In this document: positions 47,114 through 61,508 of the stretch, in pieces
Numbering within the stretch: the stretch's first letter is position 1
Layout of the letters: every line of letters begins with the position of its first letter
Assembly: GCF_009914755.1 (NCBI RefSeq)
Contig: NC_060932.1
DNA: 64,000 nucleotides
Source: the human T2T-CHM13v2.0 reference genome, Homo sapiens
Direction: 5' to 3' (one strand)
The notes under the pieces: model-generated
What the model saw: only the letters and a program-made list of their open reading frames with translations
Databases searched by the model: none
Told to the model about the DNA's origin: nothing
Translations under genes and position numbers: made by a program

Positions 47114-48227
47114 TAGCTGTGGATTCTTAAAGACAGAGACTTAAAAAATGTGTGTGTGTGTGTATGTGCATGCAGATGTGTGCAGGGAAGGGGGAAGAAC
47201 TGATCCTTTTCTACATCCAGGCTGTGGGATACTCCAATGAGGACAGAATAAAAGGAAAAAGTAAGGGAGGGCCAGTTTCTTCCTCAAGTTCACATCTAAT
47301 ATCATTTGCAATGAAAAGAGCGAAGGAGTGGTGGCATTGAACCTGAGCTGAAGGGAAAGCGTACATTGCAGATGATGTTGGAAGTGTTGTTCAGGACCCC
47401 TTTATGTGAAAACAAGACCCCTGGAAGGCAGCTGAGGCTTCCCAAGCAGCAGTGCCCACTGTGGGTCTGCCTGGGGTGGTAAATGGGGCTTGGAATCAAA
47501 ATGCAAGAAAATCCTAGCATAATGGCCTTTGGGTTGAGCCTGATTGACTTTGGTATATTCCCAAGCCCTGAGTACCTCATCGGAAGTTCTTTCTGCTGCT
47601 CATGGCCGTGGTTGAGGAATCCTGGGAAAAGATCCTCAGTAGTTAATTGACACTGAAAGTGCTTTCAGATGGTTTTGCTTTATGGCTGAGTGTGGAGGTG
47701 CCAGGAATCAGGCTTTGAGCTGCACAGCAATTCCATGGCCAAGTGCATGCCCTGAGAGGCAAAAAATTGTAGAAGAATTTGGAATTGAAGTTAAGTGTAG
47801 GTTTTCAAGCTGTGCGTATGAAACACTGTCCATATGATACACTCTACCTTCTCCACTGTCAGTTTGTCACAGGAATGTTTATTCCTCCCACACTGTTACT
47901 GATTCCCTGCTTCCCAACCTTTCTCCAAAAAGCTCCCTATGTGCTTTTTCTGGCCTGGTGAGAGAGGTAAACGGGGTAGAATTGCAAAGGATGGAATTTC
48001 CCAGCAGGCGGTACAGAGGCCCCACCTTGCTGATGTGGTTTCACCTTCTCCAGGGACCATCAGCTCTTTGTTGACTCCTGGGAATAAAAGCTCGATTTCC
48101 TTTAAGGCTCTTTAGTTCCCAGCCCTGCCTGGCGATGGCTGACTCTTGTGCAGAAGAGAGACTGAATCAGTTTAAAGCCTACTGATGATTTCCTAGGCCC
48201 TTTCTTGTCTTTTGGACTGTCTTGTGC

Positions 48228-48241
48228 CTTCTTTCTTTCTT

Positions 48242-48311
<70 letters not shown>

Positions 48312-48350
48312 TTTCTTTCTTTCTTTCTTACTTTCTTTCTTCTCTTTCTC

Positions 48351-48390
<40 letters not shown>

Positions 48391-48540
48391 TCCTTCCTTC
48401 CTTCCTTCCTTCTTTCTTTCTTTCTTTCTTTCCTTCTTTCTTTCTTTTCCCTTCCTTCCTTCCTTCTTTCCTTCCTTCCTTCCTTTCTCTCTTTCTCTCT
48501 TTCTTTCCCTCTCTCCCTTTCTTTCTCCTTCTTTTTTTTT
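48228..48540. repeat. ~310-bp compound (TTTC)n/(TTCC)n polypyrimidine tract (Alu tail)
   Basis: Directly visible and the source of the F/L/S-rich ORFs. Confidence 0.95.
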
Positions 48541-48917
48541 GAGACAGGTTCTTGATTTGTTGCCCAGGCTTAAGTGCAGTGGTGTGATCATAGCTTGCTG
48601 CAGCCTTGACCTCCCTTGCTCAAGTGATCCTCCTACCTCAGCTTCTCAAGTTGCTAGGACTACAGGTGCATGCCACTGTGCCTGGCTAATTTAAAATTTT
48701 TTTTTTTTTGGAGAGAAGTTCTTCCTGTGTTGCCCAACTGGTCTTGAGCTCCTGGGCTCAAGCTATCCATCTGCCTTGGCCTCTCAAAATGATGAGACTA
48801 CAGGTGTGAGCCATCATGCCTAGCTAATTTTGAAATTTTTAGTAGGGATGAGGTCTTGCTATGCTGTCCAGTCTGGTCTCGAGCTCCTGGGCTCAAACAA
48901 TTTTCCCACCTCGGCTG
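48533..48917 (-). mobile_element. AluJ followed by an extra linker and partial left arm
   Basis: The dimer ends at about 48825 and continues TAATTTTGAAATTTTTAGTAG plus another left arm. Confidence 0.82.
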
Positions 48918-48922
48918 GTGTT

Positions 48923-49250
<328 letters not shown>

Positions 49251-49823
49251 TGAGCACAATCTTAGAGCTTTACTCTTCCCTGGCCATTCCAGCAGATTGG
49301 CTTCAGCTTCCTGCTCCCTGCTTTCAATTATAGAATATTTCCCTTAATCTACAGTCCTATTTTTTGTGCTCCTCCTTATCCAGTTGTCCACAATGCTGCT
49401 ATATGCCAGGCTTGTGCTAGGATCTGGGAACAGAGATGAATAAAACATGGTCCCTCAGTCTTCAGCAGCTCATAAAGAACTGGGAAAAACAGAGTTGCAA
49501 GGAACTCACAGTGAGTGACTCTTTCTTTATCTTCTTTCTGGATTTTGGTTTTCATGCAATTGCACCATTTTTCTTCTGGTTGAGCATGTTCCTAGATTGG
49601 ACTTAGATTGTATAGGTTATCAATAAATACTGGCCATCCTCATGACTGTGGTCATGTCCACGTAAAGGCTTTCAAATGCTTCCAACTCATGGAGCCCTTG
49701 CCTACCAGTGCAATGTGTGCAGGTAACAGAAACTTAAGAAAAATTTTGAAGTTATTTAAACACTTTTCTGATTTTATTTTAGTTTTTATTATTGTATTGT
49801 TATTTAAAAAAACCCCAAACACC

Positions 49824-50315
49824 TGCAGGGGCGGAAAGATTTCCTTTTCTCACCCATCGTAGGTTCATAGCTGAGGCTCCTATAACAAAATAAGATTAAC
49901 AAGCAAAAGGCATACACATTTATTTGATATAAGTTTTATATGAAGGGGAGACTTCTTAAGGAAATGAAGATTCAAGTAAACAGGTGCACTTGTGTATTGC
50001 TATGCTTAGGTTTGATGGAGCATGGACCGTCATGGCGAAATATGACTGGAGGGCAGAAGGATGTGACTGAATGATAATAAGCTAGGGGGAAACTTAGCAA
50101 GGCCTGTTTGTTCAGGTTCCTCTCTGTGTCCCTGTGTCTTCAGAGGTAAGGATGTTCCTTTCACCCCAGGTATAGGAAGGGTACTTTTCAAATGAGGGAT
50201 TTGTGATCTGCTTCAGGGGAGAAGGCTGAGGGAAAGGTGAGAGAGGACTTCCTGCTTCTGTTGTTTTCTCAAATGCCAAGGTGTCATATTTTGGGGTAGT
50301 GTGTCCTGAACCCAT
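49824..50315 (-). mobile_element. MER34/MER39-family ERV1 solo LTR
   Basis: The reverse complement starts GGGTTCAGGACACACTACCCCAAAATATGACACCTTGGCATTTGAG. Confidence 0.75.
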
Positions 50316-50461
50316 TTTCCCCGTCCCCCTGCTGGATTAATTTGAAGTAAGTTCCAGGTATTATACAGATGTTTATATGTATCTATATATGTAAATATAT
50401 ATCTATAAATACACATATCATAAATGCAAATATGTGTAAATATTCCAGCATATATCTCTGA

Positions 50462-50769
<308 letters not shown>

Positions 50770-50957
50770 GACTCTTTAAAAAGTAACTGTAATATGATGA
50801 CCACACCTAAAAAATTATTGGCAATTCCTTAATATTATCAGATATCCAGTCACATTTCACTGATTTTATTATAAGCTTTTACTTTTATAGTTGGTTTGTC
50901 TGAATCAGGATTTTTGATAGGTGCCTATGTTGTGATTGGTTGGGATACCACTTAAAT

Positions 50958-51253
50958 CTTTTCTTTCTTTTTTTTGAGACAAGGTCTTGCTGTGTCACCC
51001 AGGGTGAAGTGCAGTGGCAAAAATCACTGCTCACTGCAGCCTTGACCTCTCGGGCTGGAGTGATCCTCCTGCCTTAGCCTCCTGAGTAGCTGGGACCACA
51101 GGCATGTGCCCCCATGCCTGGCTAATTTTTTTTTTTAGAGATGGGGTCTCACTATGTTGTCGAGGCTTGTCTAGAATTCCTGGGCTCAAATGATCCTTCC
51201 ACCTTGGCCTCCCAAAGTGCTGAGATTACAGGCGTGAGCCACTGTGTCCAGCC
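50958..51253 (-). mobile_element. AluJ
   Basis: Antisense dimeric Alu. Confidence 0.92.
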
Positions 51254-51847
51254 AAAACTTTTCTAATCTACAGGTTTCCCCTCATGCTCTTTTTTTTTTT
51301 TTGTTTCGTTGCAATTTATTTGTTGAAGAAACTGGATGTTTTCTCCAGTAGAGTTTCCCATAGTCTGGATTTTGCTGATTGCTTCCTCGTGATGTTTAAC
51401 CTGTTCCTCTGTTCTCTGTATTGCTATCAAAATGATAGTTAGATGTAAACATTTAGCTTGAGTTTAGGGCAGAAATATCTCATAGGTGGTAGTGTGTGTA
51501 CTTCTATCTGGAGACACAAAATGCTGAGTTCTCTCTCCTTCTATGATGTGAGCAGTCCTGATGCACGGATTAACTCAGTCCCTTAGCTCATTAGAGGTTG
51601 CTCAGTGGTAATACTCCAGTTCTATCTTTGCTTCCTACGCCTTAGCCAGAATACTGGTCTGGAAGAGAAACTTCTCTTATAAGCATTTGTAACTCTGAAG
51701 TGCAGTTTGTACAGGAAAGTCAGAATTAATGCTGGCTTCTTTCCCTTTATTAATAGTTTTTAAGGAATTTAAACACTGAAGACTTCAGAGATTGTACCCC
51801 TTCTTCCCCAACTAGTTTTCTCCTCTTTCCTCTGGCCGCATCTGTAA

Positions 51848-52181
<334 letters not shown>

Positions 52182-52349
52182 CTCTCTTTCTCTTAAATTC
52201 AACTTTGTAGAGCTTTGGAGAAAGAATTGCAGACTCATTCACACTAAAGTACAAATGACAAATAACAGGTTACGGTGTGATTACTCCAGATAGACTTTCT
52301 GTTTAACTTCCATCAACATGTTAAATGAGAGAAATGAAGCTTCTTGGAT

Positions 52350-52590
52350 AAGAATAACATTTGTATGCAGCTACTATTATATGCCAGCTGCGGCAGTAAA
52401 TGATTTATGTGTGTTGTCTCACAAAATGCCTACAACAACCCTGTGAGTAAGATAGTCTATGTTATTCCCATTTTACAGATGTGGAAACAAAGCTCAGGTT
52501 GTTTCAATAACTTGCCAACTAAAAGGTGACAGAGCTGAAACTAAAACCTATGATTGTCTGGTTTCAAAGCCAGACATCTTATTCTGGAAT
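52350..52590 (-). mobile_element. MIR
   Basis: ACAACAACCCTGTGAG...TTCCCATTTTACAGATGTGGAAAC. Confidence 0.7.
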
Positions 52591-52979
52591 CACAGAGGAA
52601 TCACATCCTTTTCTGCCTTCTTGGTATAGTTTCAGACATCTTGAACAAGGAGAAAAGGCTTTAGGGGAGAGGATGGCTTCCCAAGGTTGAAATCTTCCAC
52701 TAGACAGACCCAAGTTACTCATTGTGTCAGTGTGTACAGAAGAGCCTGCCAATCACCCACGAAACCAAAGATTTGTCACCGGAGTGTCATTGTTGAAAAT
52801 AGTTCTCTGCCACTGCAGCAATAGTGATGCCTTTGCCGCAGCCAGCTCCTTTCTGCTTTTCCAACTCTGCCTTCCTCTTGTTCACTTGTTCCAGTCACAC
52901 TGGCCTTTTTCCTGTTCCTCAAGCATGCCAAGACTCCTTTCTATTTCAGAGATTTGCATCTACTGTTCTTCTCCTGGAT

Positions 52980-53395
52980 CTTTTTTTAAATTTAATTTTT
53001 TCCAACTTCATTGCGGTATAATTGACAAATAAAATTGTGAAAGTTTGAGAGGTACAATGTGTTGATTTGATATACATATACATTGTGAAATCATTACCAC
53101 AATCAAGTTAGTTAGCATATCTGTCACCTCACCCTAGTTACCATTTGTGTGTGTGTGTGTAGCAAGAACATTTAGGGTCTACTGTCAGCAAATTTCAAAT
53201 ACATAATACAGTATTGTTAACTAGAGTCACCCTGCGGTAAATTAGATCCCTAGGACATATTCATCTTATAACTGAAAGTTTGTACCCTCTGACCAAGATC
53301 TCCCCAACCACCCCCCTCCCAGCCCCTGGCAACCAATATTCTATCCTCTGTTTTCTATGGGTTCAACTTTTTTAGATCCCACATATAAGTGAAAT
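52980..53395 (-). mobile_element. 5'-truncated L1MA 3' end inserted in L2
   Basis: GTATAATTGACAAATAAAATTG...ATAACTGAAAGTTTGTACCC. TSD TCCTGGATCTTT on both sides. Confidence 0.88.
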
Positions 53396-53897
53396 CTTTC
53401 CTGGATCTTTCCATGACCAGCTTCTTGACATTCAGGTCTTAGCATAAATGTCACTCAATCGGAGTCATTCCCCTGATCTTTCTACCTAACATAGCCACTC
53501 CTTACCCAATCCTTGACTTCTTTTCCAGCTCTTAATACCATCTTCTGTCTTTCTCTACAAACTATAGGGAGAACATGTACCAGTTTTGCTCACTGCGAGG
53601 ATTCTGGTGCCTGGCAAGAGGTGGGCACTCCGGAAGCCTTTGCTGAATGAATGAATTAGCTCAGGCATTCTTTGCTCATTGAAGACTACATGGAGGCCTG
53701 TCTCACTATCTCAAATCCATCACTGCTGGTTCCAATTAATCACGAGAATTTCCATGGCTGTTATAACAGGCTTTTCCTTCTGTAAAAGTCAGGGGTTCCT
53801 GCCTTTTGCATTTATAAACCAAAGCTTGACAAAAATGGTCGGATATAATTCTGGTTATGTATTAGGATGAGGTCCAAGATAATTCATATTCTAACTG

Positions 53898-54268
53898 ATG
53901 CTGTTTGCTTGAGCTTGGTCTGAATGTTAATCCTCCCCTACCCTACGTTCCCAAATTTATGTTGAAACCTAATCACCAATGTGATGCTTTTAAGACGTGG
54001 GGCCCTTGGGAGGCACAGCCCTGCCGAATGGGATTAGTGCCCTTATAAAAGAGGTGCCAGTGAGCTTCCTTGCTCCTTCCCCATGTGAGAACACAGCAAG
54101 AAGGGGCCATCTATCAACAAAGAAGTGCAGCCCTCGCTAGACGTTGAATCTGCAGGCACCTTGAACTTGGAATTTCCAGTGTTTAGGCCTGTGAGAAATA
54201 AATTTCTGTTGTTTACAAGCCACCCACATTGGGGCTTTTTGTTGCAGCAGCCCATATGGACTAAGTCA
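53898..54268 (+). mobile_element. MLT1A-type LTR
   Basis: ATGGGATTAGTGCCCTTATAAAAGAGG...GAGAAATAAATTTCTGTTGTTTA...GGACTAAG. Confidence 0.8.
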
Positions 54269-54469
54269 GGGCATCTTTCAAATTCTCCCTTCTTGTGTGA
54301 ATATTGAATACCTCTGGGTGAAAGAAGATCATGACAGAATGGAAAGCCTTGCGGATACTCTTCTGAAGTTGGGTGGCAATAGCTCCTGAAATCCTACAAA
54401 ACTGGATCTGAAGCTTAGGGGTTTGCATTAGAGTTAACCAGTGACTTGAGAAACAGTTTATAGGGCAGT

Positions 54470-54660
54470 ACAAAACATGGTCCTAAAATTACCTGTATCG
54501 GAATCATCTGGGGAGTGCATGAGACTTATTTAAAATGCAGATTAATAAACTGCAGTCAGACCTCCTGTGTCGACATCTTGGGAGATGGAGCCTGCCGTTC
54601 TATATTTTGACAAGTGCCCAGTTGTATTTTATTGTAGGTTCCCCAAAGTTTAAGAACCAG
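54470..54660. mobile_element. MER5-type hAT-Charlie MITE
   Basis: GAATCATCTGGGGAG...TTAAAATGCAGATT...AAAGTTTAAGAACCAGTG. Confidence 0.6.
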
Positions 54661-55350
54661 TGTCATTAAGAAAGGAAATTGTATTTTATTACAACCTACT
54701 AATCCTGAGAAGCCTCAGAAAAGCCACCAAAACAAAGCCGTCAGCACTCAGGCTCCAATCAGCTTTGGAATCCCGGGGTCCCACCTGAGAGATGGCATCA
54801 GTCTTGGTGTGGTCTACACTTGGAGAGTGTTACAAACCTCTGGGTGGCCAAGGTTCACTGTTTTGCCGTAAAGGGCCTCAAACATGTCACCACTTTGCTT
54901 GGGGAGTTTTTGTTTCTGGACTGCCTATCTTCTATTTCACAGAGGTGTGAAAAGTGAGACTTCCTAACAAGTCTAATGAAAGACATCGCCAAGCTTTCTA
55001 GTGGCAAGAACTTCCTTTGTTCTTTTAGATGTTGTCCTTATTTTTTGTCTGAGGAAAGGCATAGTTTGTCCTCACCTTGCTATAAACATTGCTTAATATT
55101 CAAATTATTAGTTGGGCTCAACCATCTCTCTTCTGTGTCTGTTCTTGTCTTTATGGGTCTTCCTCTGAAAGCTTTTCCTTTCACCTTTAATTTCTCTTTT
55201 TTCTTCTTTTTCTTGTCTGAATCCTTCCTATCCTTCAAGGACAAATTCAAGTTTGTCTTTATCCACTAACCACCCATCTACCTGAGGCTTTTTTGCTGGC
55301 TTGAATTCCCAAAGCATTGTACCCGTACTGTTTAGTACTTCACTGAGAGA

Positions 55351-55410
55351 AGAATAGAATAGAATAGAATAGAATAGAATAGAATAGAATAGAATAGAAT
55401 AGAATAGAAT
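55351..55410. repeat. (AGAAT)12 perfect pentanucleotide STR
   Basis: Directly visible. Confidence 0.97.
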
Positions 55411-55846
55411 AGAAAAGAATAGAAAAGGAAAGTGTTGCTTAACCACATCTTACTATTCCCCTGCTCTCAGGACTCATGAATGTTTTGTGTGCAGCCATCA
55501 TTCAAGAGAAAACCCCATGACACTTTGCCAGCACACTGGACACTTCTTGCAGGGGCCAGCAGAGGGCAGTGGAGCACCCATGGTTCTTACTCCTTTTTCC
55601 ACCTCTTTGTCTATGTCCAGGAAAACACAAGGAGCCATTTGTTGGTGCCCTGAGCCAAGTCAAAGCAGTTGCTAAGTCTTCTGAGATGTTTTATGTCCCT
55701 TTCTTACCTTTCCGCTCTGCTCCCTCCTTTGCACCACATACCCCCAAGCATCCACCCTTCTGGGGCTCAGTCTCATCTCTTCCCTCCCCTCAACCTCTAA
55801 GCTAAAACCGCAGACTGTGACCCTTTCCTACTGGGAACCCTCCTGA

Positions 55847-56147
<301 letters not shown>

Positions 56148-56545
56148 TCTCCTGCCTATTTTAAATGTAAGCTTTGCAGGAGTTAATTTAACAATTGTAT
56201 CCATGTAAGTTACTTCTTCTCTCTTGGCATGGATTGATCTTGCTGGTGGGGAATTCCAGCCTGTGGCCTGGTGAGAGGGGGAGATGGGGTGAGAAGGGTG
56301 CAGAGGAAAGAACTGCTGGGAACAATCCCCTGACTTCCTAGCAGGATAGGGTTAGTCCTAGGCTGAAGAGAGCAAACCTCTCATATACCTCAGGGGCGAA
56401 GCTTCCTTCCTGGAATGATCAGTGATGAAATAGCTGGTGGTTGTGACTTATCAAAAGGGCCATGCCCTGTGAGAACTGTTTATCTTTCGATGGATTTTTT
56501 CAGTGTGCTATTTACTCACACATGTTTTATTCCAAATCCTCAAAA

Positions 56546-56701
56546 CAAGACTGGCTACATAATTTGTGGGAGGCCAGGGCAAGAGGAAAATGCAGGTCCT
56601 TTTATCCAAAAATTATGAAGGATTTCAATTTGGTCACCGAGAGCATTAAACCTGGCACAGGGCCCCTCTGAGCATGGAACACATCCATGTATCTGGCCCT
56701 G
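56546..56701. mobile_element. MER45-like hAT-Tip100 MITE
   Basis: CTGGCTACATAATTTGTGGG...CAGGGCCCC...CTGGCCCTG termini. Confidence 0.5.
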
Positions 56702-56849
56702 CCCCCAAACATGCATAGGACGAGCTCTTCTGTGTCCTAGACTTGGTATGAAACTTTCCCATATCTGACTCCTTCACTGCCCTCGGGAACCAGGGTCTAG
56801 AGAATGAGAAAGATACACAGGGAAAGTGGATGAGATTTTATTTGACAGA

Positions 56850-57510
56850 TGTGTAAAGGACAATGTTTGAGGCTCTGGAGATTCCAAAGTTAACAAAACA
56901 AAGTCCCTGCCCTCATGGAGTTTGCACTCTAGTTGTAGAAGACAACGACAGATGAACAGGCGAGTGCCTGCAGATAGTAGGTCGGATAGTGATAAGCATG
57001 ATGGATAAATGGGGGGTGGGGGGGATAGGAATGCCATCGTAAGGAGTGCTGTTATGATTTCAGGAAAGGTGGTCAAGAAGGGCCTCACGAATCATGTGCT
57101 GTTTGAGCAAAGACCTTGAGGGAGTGTGTCATGTAGGCATCTGAGGATAAGCATCCAAGCAAAGGCCCCGTGGCTTCCTAAGTTTGAGAAAGAGTGGGGA
57201 GGACAGGATGGTTGGTGTGGAAGATTGGGGCCTGGGAGGATGGAGAGAGGTGGAAAGGGGAGGCCAGGTCTTATAAAGTAATGATTTTGCATTTTGGATG
57301 AGATGGAAGCTTTGGAGGTTTTAGAGCAGGGGAGGTTTGTGATCTGACTTACGTTTTAAAGGACTCCCTCTATGCTCCATCAAGAAGAGATTGTGGAGGC
57401 ATAGAGTGAAAGCAGGTTGACCAGTAAGGAGACCCCTGCAATCATCTAGGTGGCTTTGGACTAAGGCATTCTTAGCTGAGGTGATGAAAAGTGGTCAGAT
57501 TCTAGGAAAA
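56850..57510 (-). mobile_element. L2 fragment
   Basis: AAAGTCCCTGCCCTCATGGAG...TGATCTGACTTACGTTTTAAAGGA...GTGGTCAGATTCT. Confidence 0.8.
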
Positions 57511-59699
57511 CCATAAACTCCCAGGTGGTAAGGGGTCATGTTGGTCTTGTTTACCACTGTGATTCTATTGCCACACACAAGATCTGGCATATACAGGTGC
57601 TTAGTGAATATGTATTTAATGAACCAGGGAGCAAATACAAATAGATAGGATTAGGATAATAAGATAATTAGGACAAATAGGTAAGATTAAGTTCTTATAA
57701 TAGAGCTATAAGAAATAACATTAAAAGAATGGAAGCAGAATACCTTGACAATGTTTTATAGTTTCTATTCTCACTTTGCTTCTATTAAATCTGTTGAAAT
57801 GTTAAAGATCAGTTGATATGAAATAAATTACATGTCTCAACCCTACATAGCATGTGAGCCTGAATATGCTTAAATGGACAGTCTGTATTTTTAGTATGTG
57901 GTCAATAGGTGGTGCTGTATCTTGTTAGGGCTCCGTCCCCAACTTGGCAATGTGAGAGGAGGCTTACTGATGTAGATCAAAATGTTAAATGCAGTCTTAG
58001 CTGGAGTGTATTCTGGGTCTACTGAAAATAAGATTAGTTTCTCCAGCAATTTGGTAGGACTCTCTTGGAATTATATATATGAAACTAACATTTGAAAATG
58101 TCAATTCTCCCTTACATGGAACATTTAGATATTATTTAAATGATAGAAAATGCATCTCAATATTAGAAACAGAGCTGTGCCCGCATGCTGCAGATGCCCT
58201 CAATGCCTGATGACATTTTACTTTATTTCATTCTCCATGTGATTCTGGTATATATGTGTATCGTCAATATATGTCTATTTTGGCTGCTATTTGTAAAAAG
58301 ACCACATAAGGCATCATTAGATTTATTTCCTTTATTGAATGTGTAGGTGGGTGGATGTACAGAAAGGAGTGGCATGGGGAGAGGGGTATACGAGGAGAAA
58401 GTGAGGCTACAGTAATATTTAGGAGACTGTGAGGTTGTGTGGGACATTCTATGAACACTTTTTGGATAGCATATTTCCTCCAGCTGTGGGCTGTCTCCAC
58501 CAGCTGGGCCATCTTTCTCCACCCAGAAAGCTCTCGAAGTGGCACCACCTCTTGCAAGATTGCATCTCTTGGAACCCTGCAGCTGGCTGGTTCTTTCTTG
58601 TCCAGTGCCCAACTTTCTGCTGTTAGAATTCGTTCTTACAGATTAAATCCTGCCATTGTTAGGCCTGAAGAAGTGGAAGATCAAAGATTCTGGGCTGGCT
58701 TTCCTATGAGTCAGGCAGAGTAAACCTCACCCTACAAGATGACTTGTGTCCCCCCTCAGGAGTCCCTGGGTGGACTTGAGAGCTGTAGGCGTCTGAGGAT
58801 GAAATTGTATTCTTTCATGGTGTTAATGATATGGCTCTCCTGAAATGGAAGGCCTTGAGAACTGCTTCTGCTAGCGGACCTGTAAAATGGACACAGGCCA
58901 ATTGTTGTTTCAGATGGTTTCTCTCTAAGCGATATTTCTGCCTTTTCTTTTCTGGGACTTGATGCCTGAAACTGTCCTTCAACCAGTACTGGCTTCCCTC
59001 CTCGCTGTGATCTGAGACCTCTGTCCAAGGGGCAAACGCTCTAACTGACCAGCCAGTATGTCCCCATTTCTTTGACATGGTCCTTCCTTCAAACCCTTCG
59101 ACTTGCCCTTCCTCCCTCAAGCCTTCCTTGAAGTCCTTCCATCCACTTACTATTTGTTGATTCGGCAAATGCATGGTGTGTAGCTCCTGGATCTCAGGCA
59201 TCATGCTGGGTGCTGGGGAAACAGCAGGACACGCTTTCTGTCCTCAACCTTTCCTTAGAATAAGCCCCCTTCCTTTTGACTCATTTAAAGCCTGATTTTC
59301 CTTCTATGATACTGCTTTGCTTTGGGCCTTGCCTAAAAGCTCCCTATAGTCTAGGGCTAGAAAGTGGGGCTTTCTGTCTTCTTACCTGGCTATAATTCAT
59401 ATATTGGCCTTTTGTCATCTCATGGGTGACAAGCTGGCTCAAAGAACTTTTGGGCATTATTTTTGCATTCAAGGAAGATGGTGGGGGAAGCACCAACTAA
59501 GTCTGTTCATTTTATCAGAGAAGCATAAGTTTTTCTGGAGGCTCCCAGCAGAGTTCCAGTATCCCCACATTGCCCCCTTTAGCTAAAAGGAAAACAGGGA
59601 AAATGAGTACATGGCTTTAGGGAGAAAGGGTTTGGGAATGGCTCCTTAAGTCAGTCATCCAAGAACATTGGCCCCCGAGGGACACTCAATCCAGCCAGA

Positions 59700-60680
59700 T
59701 TATGCTCTTCTATACAAGTTGCCATAACCTATCAACATCTGGGTCACTCCATCACATCCACTGACTCCTGGGCTGCCATTTCTCTCCTGAATTCATCTCC
59801 TGTTATCATCTGGCTGACTTTAACTTCAGCACTGACAACACTTGGACACAGAGTTTCTTGACCTCCTCCATCCCTCTCTTCCACTCCTCCTAGGCAACCC
59901 ATTAAATAGCTAACACTGAACTCACTGTTTCACCCAAACTTTCACCTCCTCTTGCTTTCCCATGACTGGCTCATGAAAGTTCATCTCACTTGTCATTGTC
60001 ACTGAGATCATTGAATTCATCCCGTGCCACTCTGTCTTCTTCACATCTGGTATCTGAAGGTCCCTGAATCCTGTTCATCTTATCTCTGGAATAGTTCTTG
60101 CCGCCTCCTCTCTCTGTATTGCCACAGCTCCACTTTAAGTCCTGATTTTCTCTCCCTGTTTCAATCCATCCTCTGAACTGCCACAATTATGTAATTATAC
60201 CATGTAATTTGATTTGATTGTTTTTCTTTGGTTAAAAGTCTTTCATGGTTTCTTATTGTTTTAGTATAAAATAAAAGCATGGCATTCAAAAGCTTTCCTG
60301 CCCAGCCCATCACTGTAGCCTACTCTCCTCCTTGCTCTCTACCTTGTCATTCTGGATTTTCAGTTCCCAAACAGGTCTCAGGGCTTTGCTGTGTCTGGAC
60401 GCTGTTTCTTTCCTTCTCATTCAGTGAACTCCTTCTGCAAGCCGAGCTCAAATACAACCTCTGCAACGTTGCTTTCCTCAATCTCTTAGGCAAAATGAAT
60501 CACACTGCCTTCCTTTCTACTGTTGCACTGTTCATGTCATATTTGTGACATTGTTTTCTACATGCATGATGATCTCCTTTAGGAGGGGACCAGTCTCTGA
60601 TTCAGCTTTACATCTTTAATAGCTACTGCAGTGCCTGGCACATAGCAGATGTTCAACAGAGGTTTGTTGAACAAATATTT
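59700..60680 (+). mobile_element. L2 fragment including 3' end
   Basis: Ends GCAGTGCCTGGCACATAGCAGATGTTCAAC..TTTGTTGAA. Confidence 0.6.
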
Positions 60681-61508
60681 TTGAACTATTGTGGATTGCG
60701 ATGGGGGAAATTTTCTGAATGTTGTGCATTTGGTACATTCTTAACATGTGGTAAATATGAATCCTAAAAGTTTAGTGAAGAAAACTTCAGAGAACAAATG
60801 TTTACCACAGTGTAGAGTTCTTCAGTTTCCAGGATCGGAGGTGGTGTGTGTGTGGTTGATGTTTTTAGAGTGAGGCAATGGCTCAGCCCCGTGGGAGCAG
60901 ATTGCATGAGACAAGCACCCAGAATGGGGGAGATAATGCCAGCCAATCTGTCAGATTTCATCATCTGCTGGTCCTGGGCTGGTAAGATTCTTTATATATG
61001 CCTCTCTCATGCTTACATCTTGTGTGGAGCTGCCTTCAAATTTCACCCTCTGCAGGTTGCTTATACAACTCAACATCTAAAAATAATAATTTAAGATAGC
61101 ATATTATTTATTTTGAATTTCATAAATGAATCTTGGTGTATTTTTTGTTGTTGTTAAGCACAGATTCTAATTATTTCTGCTCTATGTTGAAATCTATAGG
61201 CATGGAGAAGAGGCAAATCTCTTTCATAGGCTACTTCTTAGTCAAGCAATAAATAATATTTTTTCTTTTAATTTTATACTGCTAAAATTATAATTATATA
61301 ATTATGAAAACACAGTTTGGGGAGTAGTCCATTTATGACTCAAGTATATCGCCGGTCCTTTCTTATTGTGCACCAAAAGAAAGGACCAGCAATTTACTTT
61401 TTGAATCTGGGAAACCTAATTGTGGGTGGGGTGTGGGTGTTGGCAAATAAAATGTGTGGGTTGGCAAGTTGTTTGAATATACTTGCATGACTGTGGGTGA
61501 GGTAGTGG

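Noticed and set aside
48205-48694. F/L/S-rich, membrane-protein-like ORFs (also 21708-21947)
   Set aside because: They are translations of (TTTC)n microsatellites.
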